The notes below the pieces were generated by a model that searched no databases, had not been told where the DNA came from, and was given only the letters and a program-made list of their open reading frames with translations. 64,000 bases of DNA from the NCBI GenBank assembly GCA_030694465.1, contig JAUXYJ010000103.1:219057-283056 (forward strand). Reading direction: 5' to 3'. A program made the position numbers and the translations under genes. The DNA is from Deltaproteobacteria bacterium (GTDB taxonomy: Bacteria; Myxococcota_A; Polyangia; Polyangiales; Ga0077539). Of this stretch, positions 17,819-26,494 are shown one piece after another. Each line of letters starts with the position of its first letter. The stretch's first letter is position 1.

Positions 17819-19327
17819 ATGTTTAAGAAAGTTCTCGTCGCAAACCGGGGCGAAATCGCTGTTCGGGTAATCCGCACCCTCCACGAAATGGGCATCCGCG
17901 CCGTCGCGATCTACAGCGAGGCCGACCGCGCCGCGCTGCACGTCCGCATGGCCGACGAGGCCTACTGCATTGGCCCTGCGCCCGCACGCGAGAGCTATCT
18001 CGACATCGAGCGCGTGCTCGCAGCGGCCAAGCGCTCGGGCGCCGAGGCCATCCACCCCGGATACGGCTTTCTCTCTGAGAACCCCGCGTTTGCAGAGGCG
18101 TGCGAGCGCGCAGGGATCGTCTTTATTGGCCCTCCCGCGAGCGCCATGCACGCGATGGGCAGCAAACCCGCAGCGCGAACCAAGATGGCCGCCGCCGGCG
18201 TCCCGATCGTGCCCGGCGTAGAGTCTGGCTCAATCGAAGAGCTCGCGGTCGCTGCCGAGCGCGTAGGCTATCCCGTGATGCTCAAAGCGGCCTCGGGAGG
18301 GGGCGGCAAGGGCATGCGCCTGGTCGATCGTCCCGAAGACCTCCACGAGGCGTTTGAGCGCGCTCAGAGCGAGGCGCTCAAGGCCTTTGGAGACGCCACG
18401 GTCTATCTCGAGAAGGCCATCGTGAAGCCACGACACGTCGAGATCCAGGTGCTTGGAGACCGCGAAGGCAACGTCGTGCATGTCTTTGAGCGAGATTGCT
18501 CGATCCAACGCAGGCACCAGAAGGTGGTCGAAGAGAGCCCTTCTCCCGTCGCCACCCCCGAGCTCGTCGCGCGGATGGGCGAGGTCGCCGTCCGCGGAGC
18601 CAAAGCCGTCGGTTACTTCTCTGCCGGAACCTTCGAGTTTCTCTTAGGACAAGACGGAAGCTTCTATTTTCTCGAAATGAACACCCGCCTCCAGGTCGAA
18701 CACCCGGTCACGGAGCTCATCTCTGGGCTCGACCTCGTGCACGAAATGGTGCGCATCGCCTACGGAGAACCGCTGGGTTATTCGCAGTCGGATTTGCACC
18801 GCCGCGGCCACGCGATCCAGTGCCGAGTCTACGCCGAAGACCCCTCGAGTAACTTCTTGCCCTCCCCTGGGCGCATCGAGACGCTCAAGCTCCCCGGCGG
18901 CCCGGGCATCCGCGATGACTCGGGCGCCTATCCTGGCTGTGAGATCTCGAGCTTCTACGATCCGCTGGTGTCTAAGCTCTGCGTGTGGGCCCCGGATCGC
19001 CCTCGCGCGATCGCCAAAATGCGCCGCGCGTTGCGCGAGTACGTCGTGACTGGGATCAAGACCAATTTGTCTTTTCACCAGCAATTGTTCTCGCATCCTG
19101 AGTTTATCGCGGGGCACTACGACACGGGCTTTATCGCGCAGTACCACGAAGAGCTCTTGGGCTACGCCCCCCTGCCCGAGGCTCACAGCGACGCGTGGGC
19201 TGTGGCCATCGCGCTCGCCGCATCGAAGCTCGAAGGCGCACCCGCGACCGCACAAGCAGCGCAACAAGCAACCGACGGGCTCTCGCCGTGGGTCGCCGCA
19301 CACCGCGCAGAGCGCCTAGGACGCTGA
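17819..19327 (+). CDS. accC: acetyl-CoA carboxylase biotin carboxylase subunit
   Basis: MFKKVLVANRGEIAVRVIRT, ATP-grasp motifs, EMNTRLQVEHPVTE. No biotinyl domain, ~500 aa. Confidence 0.85.
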   Translation: MFKKVLVANRGEIAVRVIRTLHEMGIRAVAIYSEADRAALHVRMADEAYCIGPAPARESYLDIERVLAAAKRSGAEAIHPGYGFLSENPAFAEACERAGIVFIGPPASAMHAMGSKPAARTKMAAAGVPIVPGVESGSIEELAVAAERVGYPVMLKAASGGGGKGMRLVDRPEDLHEAFERAQSEALKAFGDATVYLEKAIVKPRHVEIQVLGDREGNVVHVFERDCSIQRRHQKVVEESPSPVATPELVARMGEVAVRGAKAVGYFSAGTFEFLLGQDGSFYFLEMNTRLQVEHPVTELISGLDLVHEMVRIAYGEPLGYSQSDLHRRGHAIQCRVYAEDPSSNFLPSPGRIETLKLPGGPGIRDDSGAYPGCEISSFYDPLVSKLCVWAPDRPRAIAKMRRALREYVVTGIKTNLSFHQQLFSHPEFIAGHYDTGFIAQYHEELLGYAPLPEAHSDAWAVAIALAASKLEGAPATAQAAQQATDGLSPWVAAHRAERLGR

Positions 19328-19413
19328 GCCCCTGAGCCCCTCGCGCGAGCATTGCACTCGCGTAGAGACACCCAACTGCGGTACGGCTTGTGACTTCACG
19401 GAGGTGTCTTGCA

Positions 19414-20814
19414 GTGCAGATTGAGGTTGAACACGACGTGGTCGTGATTGGCAGTGGTCCCGGGGGCGAAGGCGCCGCGATGCGCGCACGCAAAGCGGGG
19501 GCCTCAGTCGTTGTGATCGATCGCAACGCACAGGTGGGCGGCGGGTGTACCCACTGGGCGACGATCCCGAGCAAAGCGCTGCGGTACTCGATCCGGCGCG
19601 TGATGGAGTTTCGGCGCAACCCGCTGTTCTCTGCGGTGGGCGGGCAGCTCGAAGCGAGCTTTCCGGACTTGCTCCGCGCGGCCGAGCGCGTGATCGCGGA
19701 TCAGGTGTCCGTTCGGCGGGATTTTTACCTCCGCAACAAGGTCCCGGTGATCCACGGGCGCGCGCGATTTACCGATCCAAACACCGTCGAAGTGCACACC
19801 ACAGACGGCCCGACACGTACCGTACGCGCGAAGAAGTTCTTCATCGCGGTGGGCTCAAGACCCTATCGCCCGAAGGACATCGATTTTGCCCACCCCAACG
19901 TCTTCGACAGCGACACGATCTTGCAGCTTGATCGCACGCCCGAGAGCGTCACGGTCTACGGCGCCGGCGTCGTGGGTTGCGAGTATGCGAGCATGCTCCG
20001 CAACCTCGGGATGAAGGTCAATCTGATCAATTCGCGCGATAAATTACTGTCATTTCTCGACGACGAGATCATCGACGCGCTCTCGTATCACCTGCGTGAC
20101 CAGGGCGTCTTGGTGCGCCACAACGAAGAGTACGACCGCGTCGAGACCCAACATGACCAAGTCGTGTTGCATCTGAAGTCTGGCAAGAAGCTCCGCTCCG
20201 ACATCTTGCTCTGGGCGCAAGGCCGCACCGGAAACACCCAAGATCTCGGCCTCGAGAGCATCGGAATCGCTGCAAATTCGCGGGGACAAATCGACGTCGA
20301 CGAGTTCTATCGCACCGTACAGCAGCCGCACATCTATGCCGTAGGCGACGTGGTGGGCTACCCCTCGCTCGCGAGCGCGAGCTACGACCAGGGACGCTTC
20401 GCCGCAGAACACGCGATGACTGGCGAGTGCGACACGCGCTTGGTCAAAGACATCCCGACCGGGATCTACACCTCGCCCGAGATCTCTTCGCTCGGACGCA
20501 CCGAGCGCGAGCTCACCGCAGAGGGCGTGCCCTACGAAGTGGGCCACTCGATGTTTCGCTCGCTCGCGCGTGCGCAGATTACGGGCAACACGGTGGGCAT
20601 GCTCAAGCTGCTATTTCACCGGGAAACCCTGCAAATTCTCGGGATTCACTGCTTCGGCGACCAGGCCGCTGAGATCGTTCACATTGGCCAAGCGATCATG
20701 GCCCAGCGCGGCGACGCCAACAGCATCAAGTACTTCGTAAACACGACGTTTAACTACCCGACGATGGCCGAGGCCTACCGTGTAGCGGCACTCAATGGCC
20801 TCAATCGTCTGTAA
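19414..20814 (+). CDS. sthA: soluble pyridine nucleotide transhydrogenase
   Basis: Collinear with E. coli SthA by recall: [36 protein letters not shown], and C-terminal [29 protein letters not shown] start at 19414 preceded by GGAGG with a 9-nt spacer. Confidence 0.9.
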   Translation: MQIEVEHDVVVIGSGPGGEGAAMRARKAGASVVVIDRNAQVGGGCTHWATIPSKALRYSIRRVMEFRRNPLFSAVGGQLEASFPDLLRAAERVIADQVSVRRDFYLRNKVPVIHGRARFTDPNTVEVHTTDGPTRTVRAKKFFIAVGSRPYRPKDIDFAHPNVFDSDTILQLDRTPESVTVYGAGVVGCEYASMLRNLGMKVNLINSRDKLLSFLDDEIIDALSYHLRDQGVLVRHNEEYDRVETQHDQVVLHLKSGKKLRSDILLWAQGRTGNTQDLGLESIGIAANSRGQIDVDEFYRTVQQPHIYAVGDVVGYPSLASASYDQGRFAAEHAMTGECDTRLVKDIPTGIYTSPEISSLGRTERELTAEGVPYEVGHSMFRSLARAQITGNTVGMLKLLFHRETLQILGIHCFGDQAAEIVHIGQAIMAQRGDANSIKYFVNTTFNYPTMAEAYRVAALNGLNRL

Positions 20815-20815
20815 T

Positions 20816-20827
20816 TTCGCTAGCGAA
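20816..20827. promoter_or_regulatory. perfect 12-bp palindrome TTCGCTAGCGAA, 2 nt after the sthA stop and ~30 nt before the K+ channel start
   Basis: Seen directly. No loop, so more likely a dimeric protein site than a terminator hairpin. Confidence 0.3.
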
Positions 20828-20857
20828 TTGCATTTTATCAAGAGAGCCTGAGCGCGC

Positions 20858-21907
20858 ATGACCCCGCCACCACGAGACATCCGCGCACGTCAGCTGCTCG
20901 CCCCAGCGCTCGCGTTGGCCTCGGTCGTGTGTGCGGGCGGAGTCGCGCTCTGGCTGCTCAGCGGGCGCCGCTGGACGCTGAGCGAGTCGATCTTTTTCGC
21001 GATTATTTCGGCTACTACCGTGGGCTACGGCGAGATCGATCACATCGGCGAGGTCCCCGGCGCCCGGATCGTGACCGCCCTCGTGATCCTCGGCGGGCTC
21101 ATCGTGGTCGCTTATTTTCAATCCAGTCTCACAGCCTTCTTGTTCGAAGGTGTGCTGGGACACCGCTTTCGGACACGACGCATGAAGCAAAGAATCAGCG
21201 CGCTCAGCGACCACATCGTAGTCGCAGGCGCGGGCTCGACGGGTCGACACGTGATCGCCGAGCTCATCGCCACCAACACACCCTTTGTGCTGGTCGAGCG
21301 CAGCGAACAGTCCATCGCAGACCTGCTCGAGTCGCTCAATCAACGTGAGATTTTGCACGTCTTGGGAGACGCGACCCACGACGCCGTGCTGCTCGCCGCG
21401 GGGGTCTCACGCGCCCGCGGGATCGTCGCCGCGCTCACCGAAGACCGCGACAATCTCTACGTGACGCTCAGCGCTCGCGACCTCAACGCCAAGGCGCGCA
21501 TCGTCACCAAAGTCATCGAGGCCGAGGCCGAACACAAGATGCTCAGGGCCGGCGCAAACTCGACCGTGTCGCCCAATCGCATCGGCGGGATGCGCATGGC
21601 GAGCGAGATGCTCAGGCCCACCGCCGTGCGCTTTCTCGACCGCATGTTGCAAGCCAAAGGCGGCGTACTCAGAGTCGAAGAGGTCGCGGTGCCCGCGGAC
21701 TCTTGGTTTGTCGGAAAAGCGCTCAAAGACCTGCCCATCCGCGCACACGCCAACGCGCTCGTCGTAGCGATCCAAGACGGCGACGAGTTCGATTACAACC
21801 CCATCCCCACCACCGTTCTTGCCGCAGGCAACGCGCTCGTGGTGATCGCAGATGTCGCCAACATCGAGCGGCTGCGCACCCTCGCGCGCCGGAGCACCCC
21901 GCCATGA
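20858..21907 (+). CDS. potassium channel (2TM pore with TVGYG filter) with cytoplasmic RCK/TrkA-N and TrkA-C domains
   Basis: Pore helix and filter SATTVGYGEI. Rossmann GAGSTGRHV. MthK/Kch-like layout. Confidence 0.8.
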   Translation: MTPPPRDIRARQLLAPALALASVVCAGGVALWLLSGRRWTLSESIFFAIISATTVGYGEIDHIGEVPGARIVTALVILGGLIVVAYFQSSLTAFLFEGVLGHRFRTRRMKQRISALSDHIVVAGAGSTGRHVIAELIATNTPFVLVERSEQSIADLLESLNQREILHVLGDATHDAVLLAAGVSRARGIVAALTEDRDNLYVTLSARDLNAKARIVTKVIEAEAEHKMLRAGANSTVSPNRIGGMRMASEMLRPTAVRFLDRMLQAKGGVLRVEEVAVPADSWFVGKALKDLPIRAHANALVVAIQDGDEFDYNPIPTTVLAAGNALVVIADVANIERLRTLARRSTPP

Positions 21908-22971
21908 ACCTCGAGCCAGCGATCACACAGTCCTTGCCGCACGTGCTCGCGCGGTGGCACGCATTTGATTCTCGCACGCCGGACGTTCGCCCCCTCGGGA
22001 CTGGGCTGATCAACGACACCTTCATCGCTGAATTGCCTGACAAATCGCTGGTCATTCAGCGTGTGCACCCGATGTTCTCAGCCAGCGTTCACCAAGACAT
22101 CTTCGCGGTGACCGAGCACCTCGCGCGCAAGTCTATGTGCACGCCGATCCTGCTGCCCACACGGGAGGGCGAGCTGTGCGCGCTGCACCAAGACCGCCTC
22201 TGGCGCGTGATGACCTACGTCCCCGGGGTGGCCCTGGACAAAATCGATTCGCCTGCGCGCGCGCACGCCGGAGGCGCCCTGGTGGCCCAATGGCACCGCG
22301 CCCTCGCAGACTTCGATACGCCCATGCAACACGTCCGCGCCAACAAGCCCCACGACACGGCGCAACACCTCCGGACGCTCGCGCTCGCGCTCAGCGATCA
22401 CCGCGATCATCGCTTGTATGACTCGGTCGCACGCGACGCCCACGCGCTGCTCGAGGCCGGCGCATCGCTCCCCGCGCTCGGCACCCTGCGCGCGCACATG
22501 GCTCACGGAGACCTAAAGTTATCCAACCTGCTTTTTGACAGAGATTCTGGTCAAGGGCTCTGTCTCATTGACCTTGACACTATGGCGCGAATGCCCCTGG
22601 CGCTCGAGCTCGGCGATGCCCTGCGCTCGTGGTGCAACCCCAAGGGCGAAGACGTCACGCAGGCCACCGTGGACACCCAGATTCTGGCCGCAGCGCTCAC
22701 TGGGTATGCCCACCAGGGTCGCGCACATGTGGACGACGACGAGGTGATCTCGATCGCAGACGGGCTCGGCGTGATCGCGCTTGAGCTCGCGGCGAGGTTC
22801 TATGCAGACGCGCTCGCGGAGAGGTATTTCGGCTTTAATTCGAGCAAATTTGCGGCGCGTGGCGAGCACAACCTGCTGCGCGCTCAAGGCCAGTGGGCCC
22901 TGGCGCGAGACGCCCTCGCCCGCCGTGACGAGCTCCGAGAGATCGCTACGCGCGCGTTTGCGTCGGGCTAA
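21904..22971 (+). CDS. aminoglycoside phosphotransferase (APH)/choline kinase-fold small-molecule kinase
   Basis: Catalytic loop HGDLKLSNLLF and IDLD motif. The ATG overlaps the channel stop (ATGA). Confidence 0.7.
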   Translation: MNLEPAITQSLPHVLARWHAFDSRTPDVRPLGTGLINDTFIAELPDKSLVIQRVHPMFSASVHQDIFAVTEHLARKSMCTPILLPTREGELCALHQDRLWRVMTYVPGVALDKIDSPARAHAGGALVAQWHRALADFDTPMQHVRANKPHDTAQHLRTLALALSDHRDHRLYDSVARDAHALLEAGASLPALGTLRAHMAHGDLKLSNLLFDRDSGQGLCLIDLDTMARMPLALELGDALRSWCNPKGEDVTQATVDTQILAAALTGYAHQGRAHVDDDEVISIADGLGVIALELAARFYADALAERYFGFNSSKFAARGEHNLLRAQGQWALARDALARRDELREIATRAFASG

Positions 22972-22980
22972 GCGCAGCGA

Positions 22981-23283
22981 TCACTCGGTGACGGTGAGCT
23001 CGGCGACCCGCGCGGACTGCGCTGCAAACGCAGCGCGCACGGCGACCGTGGCGTCAAGCAGGCGACCGCGGACGTCCCAGAGCCCCTCCGAGACCTTCTG
23101 CGAACGCGCGACTTTGAGCGTAAACGCTAGCGATTGTGTGTCGTGACGGAGCGTGCCGCCCGCGGGCTTGCCAGGGGGATAGGGCACGGACGAGCGCACG
23201 ACGACTTCGATTTCGCGCGCGGTACGCACACTTGCGGCGCCGCCCTCGTTCCAGGTGATGGTGTCTGTGATCTCAGTGCTCAT
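22981..23283 (-). CDS. hypothetical protein co-transcribed with smpB
   Basis: 100-aa ORF whose start overlaps the smpB stop by 4 nt (ATGA). No recognisable motif. Confidence 0.45.
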   Translation of the reverse strand: MSTEITDTITWNEGGAASVRTAREIEVVVRSSVPYPPGKPAGGTLRHDTQSLAFTLKVARSQKVSEGLWDVRGRLLDATVAVRAAFAAQSARVAELTVTE

Positions 23284-23762
23284 TGGTTGCGTGCTTTTAG
23301 CACCGCGCGGGTCTCACGAATGGACTCTCGCTCTTTGATCTCTTGTCGACGATCGGCGCCGTCTTTGCCCTTGCAGAGCCCCAGCTCGATCTTGATCCGG
23401 CCCTCTTTGAGGTACACCCGCATCGGGATCACCGTGAACCCCTTGGCTTTGATCTTGGCCTCGAGCTTGGTGATCTCTTTGCGATGCGCCAAGAGCGTCC
23501 GAACACGCTTGGGCTCGTGCTTGTACGCCGTCGCAAACGTGTAGGGCGCGACGTACGCGTTGAGCAAGTGCAGCTGTCCCTGGCTCGAGACATGGACCCA
23601 TGCGTCCGCGACCTCGATTTTTGCAGCGCGAATGCTCTTCACCTCGGAGCCCACCAAGACAACCCCGACCTCCATGAGCTCTTCGACAGTGTACTTGGCG
23701 CGCGCCCGACGGTTCTCGACGAGCGTGCGATTGGCGTAGTCAATCTTGTTGGGCGTTGTCAT
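23280..23762 (-). CDS. smpB: SsrA-binding protein
   Basis: Full-length match to the SmpB family (GSEVKS, HISPY-like core, C-terminal basic tail). Confidence 0.9.
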   Translation of the reverse strand: MTTPNKIDYANRTLVENRRARAKYTVEELMEVGVVLVGSEVKSIRAAKIEVADAWVHVSSQGQLHLLNAYVAPYTFATAYKHEPKRVRTLLAHRKEITKLEAKIKAKGFTVIPMRVYLKEGRIKIELGLCKGKDGADRRQEIKERESIRETRAVLKARNQ

Positions 23763-23847
23763 CGCGAGTCACCATCCAGAGAGGTCATCAGAGTCCCCAC
23801 ACACGAGCACACAGCATGCGAACGCTTGGCACAAACGCAAGGCACGA

Positions 23848-24759
23848 TCACGGATAATCGTGGGCAATACGCAGGGTCTCACTGCACGGTCGGCACATGG
23901 CCGATGGCGTCCCCGAGTTGCGCCGTGTGCGCCCCGCGACCGCTTTAAACACCTCGCCGCTCCGCGTCTCGTCGCAGGCCAGGCACGCGTTGATCTGCCC
24001 ATTGGCGAGGTTGTAAGGAGCCGCGAGCAGGCGAATGCAAATCTCGCCGCACACATCGCGCGTGTTCTCGGTATTGAAAGCCCACACTTGCGCGCACGGC
24101 AGCGTAAATCCCAGCGCGCGGAGGCAGGTCACCAGGCCCTCGTGCCCTCCCCCTCGCAACCCACAGGTGCGCACAGGCTCGGTCAAATCGGGGCGCTCCG
24201 CGTAGACCGCGAAATCTTCAAGCGACGAGCACACCCCGCACACGCCCCCGTGCGTGACGTGCGCTCCCGCTGCGAGCGCGAGCTCGGCGCTGGCAAAGTC
24301 TTGCAGCCGGTAGGTGTGCGCGGCGCGATCCACGACGACCACCGCACAGACCGCGCCGTCGGGCACGGTGCGCGCAGGAGAGAGATAGGGATTCACTGTG
24401 ATTTCGCTCACAGCATCGAGCAATCGATAGGCACGAAGGCTCGCCAATCGCGCGGCGTCAAACGTGGGCGCGGTCCACCGTGATGCGCCACAGCCGCACG
24501 CGGGCTGACAGCGCGCAGCAGACAGCCCCGTGCGCGCGTTGGGGACCCCAAAGAGGGCGTCGCAGGCGTCCACCGGAGGCTCAGCCTGATCCGCGCTCGC
24601 GTCGGCGGTGAGGGCGTCGTCAAGCGACATCCCGGCGTCCACAGCGTCGGCGGATCCCTCCGTGGACGCGTCGGTAGGCGCCACTGTCGGAGCTGGACAC
24701 CCAGACAAAACACAGACCAGCGCGCCTAAGAGGCCGGCGCTGAGGGCAGGATGGTTCAT
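23848..24759 (-). CDS. lipoprotein, hypothetical (Cys-rich)
   Basis: Start MNHPALSAGLLGALVCVLSGC gives a lipobox. 20+ Cys. The track ORF from 24936 is an N-terminal extension. Confidence 0.5.
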   Translation of the reverse strand: MNHPALSAGLLGALVCVLSGCPAPTVAPTDASTEGSADAVDAGMSLDDALTADASADQAEPPVDACDALFGVPNARTGLSAARCQPACGCGASRWTAPTFDAARLASLRAYRLLDAVSEITVNPYLSPARTVPDGAVCAVVVVDRAAHTYRLQDFASAELALAAGAHVTHGGVCGVCSSLEDFAVYAERPDLTEPVRTCGLRGGGHEGLVTCLRALGFTLPCAQVWAFNTENTRDVCGEICIRLLAAPYNLANGQINACLACDETRSGEVFKAVAGRTRRNSGTPSAMCRPCSETLRIAHDYP

Positions 24760-24829
24760 GACGATCCCGACTGTACACAATGAGCGGGCGAGCCCCTCGG
24801 GACAATCTGCGCGTGAGGACTTGACGACT

Positions 24830-24868
24830 TTGTGAACATTGTTCACATTGCGAACATGGTTCACAAAT
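24830..24868. promoter_or_regulatory. operator-like cluster of GTTCACA/TGTGAAC half-sites overlapping the TetR start
   Basis: TGTGAACATTGTTCACA is a perfect 17-bp palindrome, followed by GAACATGGTTCACA. It overlaps both candidate start codons of the TetR gene. Confidence 0.45.
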
Positions 24869-25569
24869 TCGAGGCCTACAGCCGTCGACGCGATGACAAG
24901 ACCGAGGCCATTCTTACGGCGGCGATGGCGTTGCATGCGCGTGATGGGCTCGAGGCGCTCACGCTGCAGCGCTTGGCCAAAGAGCTGGGCCTAGTGACCA
25001 CCGCGCTCTATCGCTATTTTGACTCAAAAGACGCCCTCTTGGCCGCGCTGCAACAGCGCGCGATCACGACGATTCACGCACAGTATCGGCAAGAGCTCTT
25101 GCGCTGGGAGGCGGCGTGCAAGCGCTTGTCCGACGACCGCAAGAGCCTGGCGATGATTGTAGCTTCGGCGAGGTTTTACACAGAGCTTCCGACCGAGATG
25201 CCCGAGACCTACCAGATGATGGCCATCTTGCTGAGCGACCCCAAGCCGCTCGTGCGTGACGATGACGCTGCGCAGTCCATCCCGTTGGTCGCTGCGTTGG
25301 TGAGCGAAGCGTCCGCGCTCTTTGATCTCGCAGAGAAGTCCAAGGCCATCACGAGCGGCGGGCTGCTGCGGCGCACCGTGCTCTTTTGGGCCTGTCTGCA
25401 GGGGATTATGCAGCTCTCTAAGCTCCGACGGCTCGTCCCGCAGGCCCCGACCATCCGCGCGCTCGCGGACGAAGCGTCGACCACGCTGCTGCGCGGAATG
25501 GGCGCGACCGAGGTAGACCTCCGGCGCGCGGTACGAACCGCAGATCGCATGCAAAAATCCAGCACTTAG
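24856..25569 (+). CDS. TetR/AcrR family transcriptional regulator
   Basis: N-terminal HTH (LTLQRLAKELGLVTTALYRYF) and C-terminal ligand domain. Start at 24856, or 24832 (both inside the palindromes). Confidence 0.75.
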   Translation: MVHKFEAYSRRRDDKTEAILTAAMALHARDGLEALTLQRLAKELGLVTTALYRYFDSKDALLAALQQRAITTIHAQYRQELLRWEAACKRLSDDRKSLAMIVASARFYTELPTEMPETYQMMAILLSDPKPLVRDDDAAQSIPLVAALVSEASALFDLAEKSKAITSGGLLRRTVLFWACLQGIMQLSKLRRLVPQAPTIRALADEASTTLLRGMGATEVDLRRAVRTADRMQKSST

Positions 25570-25617
25570 TCACAGATCACTTCGCAACGCGTACCCACCC
25601 GAAAGCTACCCACGACC

Positions 25618-26271
25618 ATGTTCGCACCCCTGTCGTTTGCCGCTGGCGCGCTCACTTGGAGCGCGGCCGAGTACTGCATCCACCGCTTCGTAGGCCACGG
25701 CCCGAGACGCAAACGGCCTGCGAGTCTGCGGGCACAGTTGACGCTTGAGGGCTTGGCAGGCGCGTTTAACGAAGAGCACCTCGCGCACCACAGCGACCCG
25801 CAGTACTTTGCGCCCACGTCGCAGAAGCTCCTCGCGGCCACGGCGGCGATGACCGCCGCGACCCTGGTCGCCTCCGTGCTCTTGGGACCGCGGCGAGGGA
25901 TCGCGTATGGGCTGGGATTTGGGCTCGCGTATGGCGGCTACGAGGTGTTGCACCGGCGGATCCATACGCACGCGCCACGCAACGCCTACGGGCGCTGGAT
26001 GCGGCGGCACCATCTCTATCACCACCACAAGACCCCACGCGCCAACCACGGCGTCACGAGCCCTGTGTGGGACCGCTGGATCAAGACCGAAGAGCAGCTC
26101 GGAACCCAAGAGCCTCTGCGCATCCCGCGCAAGGTCGCCCCTCCCTGGATGCTCGACGCGCAGGGAGAAATCGCAGAGCAATTTGCGGCAGATTATGTGC
26201 TCGTAGGCAGCGCCGCGAAGAGCAAACCGGGCGCTGAGACGCCTGGCTCTGCCTCGCCTAACTCGCGCTAA
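25618..26271 (+). CDS. fatty acid hydroxylase superfamily (sterol desaturase-like) membrane enzyme
   Basis: His boxes HRFVGH, HLAHHSD, HRRIHTH, HHLYHHH in a ~215-aa protein. Directly downstream of the TetR gene. Confidence 0.6.
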   Translation: MFAPLSFAAGALTWSAAEYCIHRFVGHGPRRKRPASLRAQLTLEGLAGAFNEEHLAHHSDPQYFAPTSQKLLAATAAMTAATLVASVLLGPRRGIAYGLGFGLAYGGYEVLHRRIHTHAPRNAYGRWMRRHHLYHHHKTPRANHGVTSPVWDRWIKTEEQLGTQEPLRIPRKVAPPWMLDAQGEIAEQFAADYVLVGSAAKSKPGAETPGSASPNSR

Positions 26272-26494
26272 CAATCGGGCCTACGACGACGCGTTAGCGT
26301 CAGACCATAGGTTCGGGGGAACGTACCTCCAGTGTTTTCTCGTACACTCGGCTCTCGTGGCCTCTGCGATGTGCACTGCCGTCCAGAGCCCCGACCGGGA
26401 GCAGACCGAGAGACACGATCCTGCCCCCCACCCAGACCATGTCGCCCCACACGACCTCCGCTGCCCCCGTCGTGCGTGAAGAAAGGCCAATTCT

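Noticed and set aside
23763-23847. tmRNA (ssrA) expected near smpB
   Set aside because: No tRNA-like 3' end (GGTTCGAnTCC...CCA) or conserved tmRNA 5' segment was found in the flanking intergenic regions. ssrA is evidently elsewhere.
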